Of a stretch of DNA of 64,000 bases, positions 59,772 to 64,000 are shown in pieces. The notes under the pieces are model-generated. The model saw nothing but the letters and a program-made list of their open reading frames with translations, had not been told where the DNA came from and ran no database searches. Location of the stretch: the NCBI GenBank assembly GCA_003971905.1, contig RSEE01000021.1, positions 496,001 to 560,000 of the forward strand, written 5' to 3'. The number at the start of each line of letters is the position of its first letter. Positions within the stretch are counted from its first letter, which is position 1. Both the position numbers and the translations under genes were made by a program. The DNA is from Moniliella sp. 'wahieum' (Eukaryota).

Positions 59772-62700
59772 ATGCCGCCTGGCGCCCCCGTGCTCCTGGC
59801 GGTAGCCCCGTGGCTCCTCCCCCGCCGCTCAGGGCACGCCGCCTCAGCCGCCGCCTGTCCGCCGCCGGTGTCTCCTCGGCCGCTGCCGCGGCTTCCGTCT
59901 CGTCTGCCTCGCCTTGGCTCGCGCTGCCCCCCCTCCCCGCCACCCTTCCGCCCGCCCCGCCTTCATTTCCCCCGCCCATGCTGCCCGCATTGCATCAGAG
60001 GCAGCCAACCGACGTGTGCGCGTCCAGCCCGACGCCCTTGCCGCTCTCCATCAGCTGCTCGACGAGGTTATCCTGCGCATTGTCCTTGGCGCACGCTCTC
60101 TCCACCACGACCGCATCCGCGCCCATGCCCTGCTTCCTCTTCTACGCAATCCCCCTCTGACACTCCCGGAATGCCCTCGGCGTCCGTTGCGGCCTTTGCG
60201 CGCGAGATTCTGACGGATGCCGAAATGGCGATCAAGGCTCACGAGGCTCACCTGCGTACCACCCGCGGTGTCGCCCCCCTCGGCCTTGCCGCTTATAGCC
60301 GTTGGGATGGTGCTGACGCGTTTCCCACTGTGGCTGCCTACATCGAAGTACGTTGCGCCATCATCTGATTGTTTCCCTCCGTTAACCAATATCCACCGCC
60401 TTAGCTCCGTCAACATGCATACTATTACTGCACCCTTCCTGCCCGTTCCCACAAGCGCCACCGGCCCAACGCCTCGGACCCACCTGCCCCGCCTGCTGAC
60501 ACGCGCATCCCCATTGGCTCATCACCCAATTCCTTTGTGCAGCTTACCCCGCAAACAAGTGTGTACGTATCGGCTGTGCTCCAAGCCCTCGCCCAGGCTG
60601 TTCTCCAGGCGGTGGGACAAACCATGACAGAGCATGCGCTCTTGCGATCCGAGCTTGCCTCTCCGCCCACCCCAGATCATCTCTCTGATTCCGAAGGATC
60701 AGACGAGTTTGAGAACGATTTGGCCGGAGCCGAGTCGGCAGGCGTCCAAGATCTTGCCGCTGCATTGGCCGACATGGAAGCGTATGCGCCCATCTTTCTT
60801 GCTCTGGATTCGTCACGGAGTCTTCTAGGACTGGAACCCCTGTCACTTCCGACCAGTCTTGCCGTGTTACCTCCGTCTACTACCGGGACAGATCCTTCTG
60901 CCCTGGACACGCACTTGTCCGTCACTGTTCCCATGGCTGTTACGAGGTCGCGCCTGCAAGTGCAGGCTTACCCAGCATATCGCCATACGCCCGTATCTCT
61001 TCCCCTTTCACATCATTCTTCCATGGGGGCTGGGGATGAACCGCACTCTCTCAAGGGCTCGCAAAGCAACTCGACTGCTGCTCAAACGTGCCCCACAATC
61101 TCTCCTATCGACGTTGCCCACCCACTTTCCCGTCATACCTCGAATGCGGGGGTCCGAATCGGCCTTGGAACGACCATTTTGTCTTGAGGGGGAACTTCCA
61201 AGAGATGCGCGCCCATTCCCGTCAACGATCCTGCTCAGATTCAGTCAACCTACCCTTCGTGGATGCCCAGGCCTCGCTGCCGAGTTTGTTCCTGGCTCCA
61301 TTCGCCTCGCTCGACCAGCTCACTTCTGCATTCTTCCAACCTTCTACCTCCCAGAAACGTGACCTCCCCCACCACTGAGAAGGATGGCGCGTTCGACACG
61401 GCATTACTCGGGACCCCTACAGTACACATGAGCCTCACTCCGGCCTCTTTGAAGTCAGCTTTGCCAACGCAAGCGTCGGCGTCGTTGTCAGCCACAGTCC
61501 GAAATCGCGCGCCCCACCGTCCCACCTCCACCTAGTTCGTATCAGTTCCGTACAGAGGACGAGGGCTCCCGACGAAGCTCGCCGTGTCCGCTCCCGTGCT
61601 TCGGGACGCAGCGATGCTCCCTCGTCTACAGACCTTTCTACACAACGAGTCGAGGAGCAAGACGAGCCTGAGTGGCACAGTCGATGGGGAGGATGATTCA
61701 AGGCTGTACCTGCAGGAGCGCAGAGAGGGCGTGATGAGGCTTCTGCTGCTTCCGCAGATCCCGGGACTAGCCTCCCCTCTCGAACCATCCCTTGGGGATA
61801 TCGTGCTGCCCCTCGAGGACGTCCGAGGCGATATTCCCTTAACGACTTGGCCTTGCGGAGCTTCAGGGAGACAGTCGTATGGTGAAGAAGCGCACCATGA
61901 TTGACGATTTGCACAATCGTACCCAGCTCAATCGCCCCTCCACTGCAGCAGCCATGCTTCCCTCCCACCCTCATCAGCCGGTATTTCGCCCTCCTCACTC
62001 ACACCCTGGTTTCTCCGTCCTCTCAAAAGAGGAAGATGGAGTCGTACCTTAGGAGAGTCAACCCAGTCCCACGTGAGCAGCCATGAAAGCGATCCACGTG
62101 TCCTTCACTCGATGCAACACACGATCTCCGTATTGGAAGATCTTCTTGCCCGCGCCTCTAATGGGGCAGATGCTAAGCAGCTCATCGAAGATAAAGTGGA
62201 CGAACTCAGGCGCTCATTGGCCTCTTCTCCGGTCTTTCATTCATCCAGAACAGATCCCTCCGCTGCCACCCCGACATCCCTTCCTGCCATCATCGCTCCA
62301 ACCTCTTCCAAGACTATCCCGACTCCACGCTCTTCCCCTTTGCGCTCCATCCGTGGCCTGAGTTTGGCTGGTCCGACTCGACGGTGGCCTCGGGAACGAG
62401 TGCACGCCTCTCCTGGGTCTGGCCCCAATACGCCCGTGTCCCCATGTGGCGCTTGCTCCTGTTCGCACCCCGTTCGAAAAGGGTGCCAGCCCCGTTTCGC
62501 CCACTGAATTGGCGAACTTGAGGTCCATCACCACTTCTCCCGATTTGATCGGCACGGGGGGACTAAGCGACCCGCGTCGCTTCGCTTCACGTCCTGGATC
62601 GGCCAGCGGATTCCGAGCTGCGGTTCCCTCCCCGTCGCAACGGACCTCACGACAGTATCCTACCCGGATGCGATTTCATGCCCGCGTGGGCACGACTGGC

Positions 62701-63214
62701 TCAGGCCGTACTTCTCCCTCCCTGTCATCTCTTACGGAGGATGGGCCGCGCTTGCGCCGCCCGAGCCTCCCATCACCTGGACCCAGCTGGAATCGGCCGA
62801 GGAACCGCCGTCGCCTCCCCAACCTGTGGGGCCGACGTGCGCGTACCGCAGCGGCACTCCGAGCCCAGATTGAGCGGGACAAGGCGGTGCAGAACCGCGT
62901 ATTGGCCTCACTGTTTGGATCGGCTACCAGTACCCACAGTGCTGGCACCACTTCCACCCCGTCCCCTGCTCCATCCAGCACACTGCTGTAGAATCAAGAA
63001 CGAGCATGACATCCTCTGTTCATTCGTCAGCCCCGCAAGGTGGGCGTTCGCCTTCTTCCCCCCTCCCCTTCTTCCCCCCCCCAATCTTGGTCCCCCAGGC
63101 CAAGACTCGCACCTTCCCCGTCACAGGAAGTGTCGCATGCCTTGAGCCAGGACCGAAAAACGATGACGGGCATGCTCGGTCGCGCTGCTCGCGCTTGTCG
63201 GATCCGGGAAAAAT
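59772..63214 (+). CDS. Uncharacterised protein: possible N-terminal tandem histone-fold-like region plus a long disordered tail; ends uncertain
   Basis: VRVQPDALAALHQLLDEVILRIVLGARSL, VYVSAVLQALAQAVLQAVG, VQDLAAAL; intron 60348-60404; many indels. Confidence 0.55.
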
Positions 63215-63721
63215 AGATCCGCCCTCCTCTTTTCCTACTTTTTTTGTTGAGTGTTTTGTGTTGGTTGTGTCTCCATCCTATACCCTGCCCTGTACGATGT
63301 GTGCCCCCCTCTTCCTCCCCAGTCTTCTTTTCTGTGGCTTGTTCCTTCCTATGCGTGCTCATCTCCCTAGTGCATCGGTAGGTGTGCTCATTGTTCTCAT
63401 TGTTCTCAACGAATCAGTCTCTTGTATCCTGCCCCGGTGTGTCCGGGTCCATGAGTTCCTTATACGTTTTTCCTCAGTCGATTTCGTCTCGTCTTCAGTG
63501 CTGGTCACCATTCCAGTGTCTCTCGTTCAGCCCTCATGCCAAAGTCACCATGAAGAGCTGTGTGCATGAGCGTGCCTCTCACAAGCATCTATAGTCCGCG
63601 GTTCATCTCGCTACGTTGTCTAGAAATCTCTTCGTTCCTTCATCCTACGCTGTTCCCCCAATCATTTGTTACTGATGTATCAGGAATCCATTTTCCAGCG
63701 TCGGACAAGATTCAAGTGAGA

Positions 63722-64000
63722 CTACAAATGAATCGAGTACTCGAAGGCGTGTATCGTTCCCGACAGCAATCTTGTGTAGGAATCAAGCCCGTGCAGCCTA
63801 GCGGCAGCGACAAAGGCTTCGATCTTCTGTGGTCTTTGATCCCGTCGGTCTCTACCCCGAGGAAGTGTCGACGATGAGCGTGCCCGGCCCAGCGGCCTGG
63901 ACCGCCTCCTGCACATTCTCCGCCGTCAACCCACCAGCAGCAGGAAAGGGGTGGTCCCAGCCAAGCGCCGGGCCACGGCCCAATCAAACGAATGCCCGTC
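63722..64000 (-). CDS. TRP1: C-terminal phosphoribosylanthranilate isomerase domain (tryptophan biosynthesis); gene continues beyond the window
   Basis: Across indels: TGHSFDW..PFLL(A)GGLTAENVQEAV..VDTSSGVETDGIKD..KIEAFV. Confidence 0.88.

Noticed and set aside
1..64000. Frameshifts in most genes as mass pseudogenisation, programmed frameshifting or RNA editing
   Set aside because: They hit essential genes (RPL6, RPL33, ERG7, YCG1), are mostly single-base indels, and the flanking motifs are intact; this fits unpolished long-read error.

Overview
Eukaryotic genomic DNA, most likely a basidiomycete fungus (inferred from short GT-AG introns with CTRAC branch sites, a GC-rich gene-dense layout and the gene content). 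Nearly every gene carries 1-bp indels typical of an unpolished long-read assembly, so CDS ends are approximate. Genes recognised: the 3' end of a chalcone-isomerase-fold (Aim18/46-like) gene, an AT-hook orphan, RPL7 (with an intronic C/D snoRNA), NRK1, ERG7, a GH128 glucanase, MRT4, RPL6, RPL33/eL33, a Gti1/Pac2 (WOPR) factor, a small secreted peptide, eL28, a multicopper oxidase, DMA1 (FHA-RING), an amino-acid permease, a DHA2 MFS pump, condensin YCG1, two uncharacterised long genes, glycogen synthase and the PRAI end of TRP1. Non-coding DNA holds about nine decayed fragments of a CRE-like (RLE) non-LTR retrotransposon. The most unusual signal is a pervasive 7-bp-periodic pattern in upstream intergenic DNA: (TNA + 4-nt palindrome)n, i.e. 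any A-xxxx-T 6-bp palindrome plus one spacer base. At least 11 different cores form such runs, cores switch without losing register, and arrays appear to have arisen in situ inside a retrotransposon relic.
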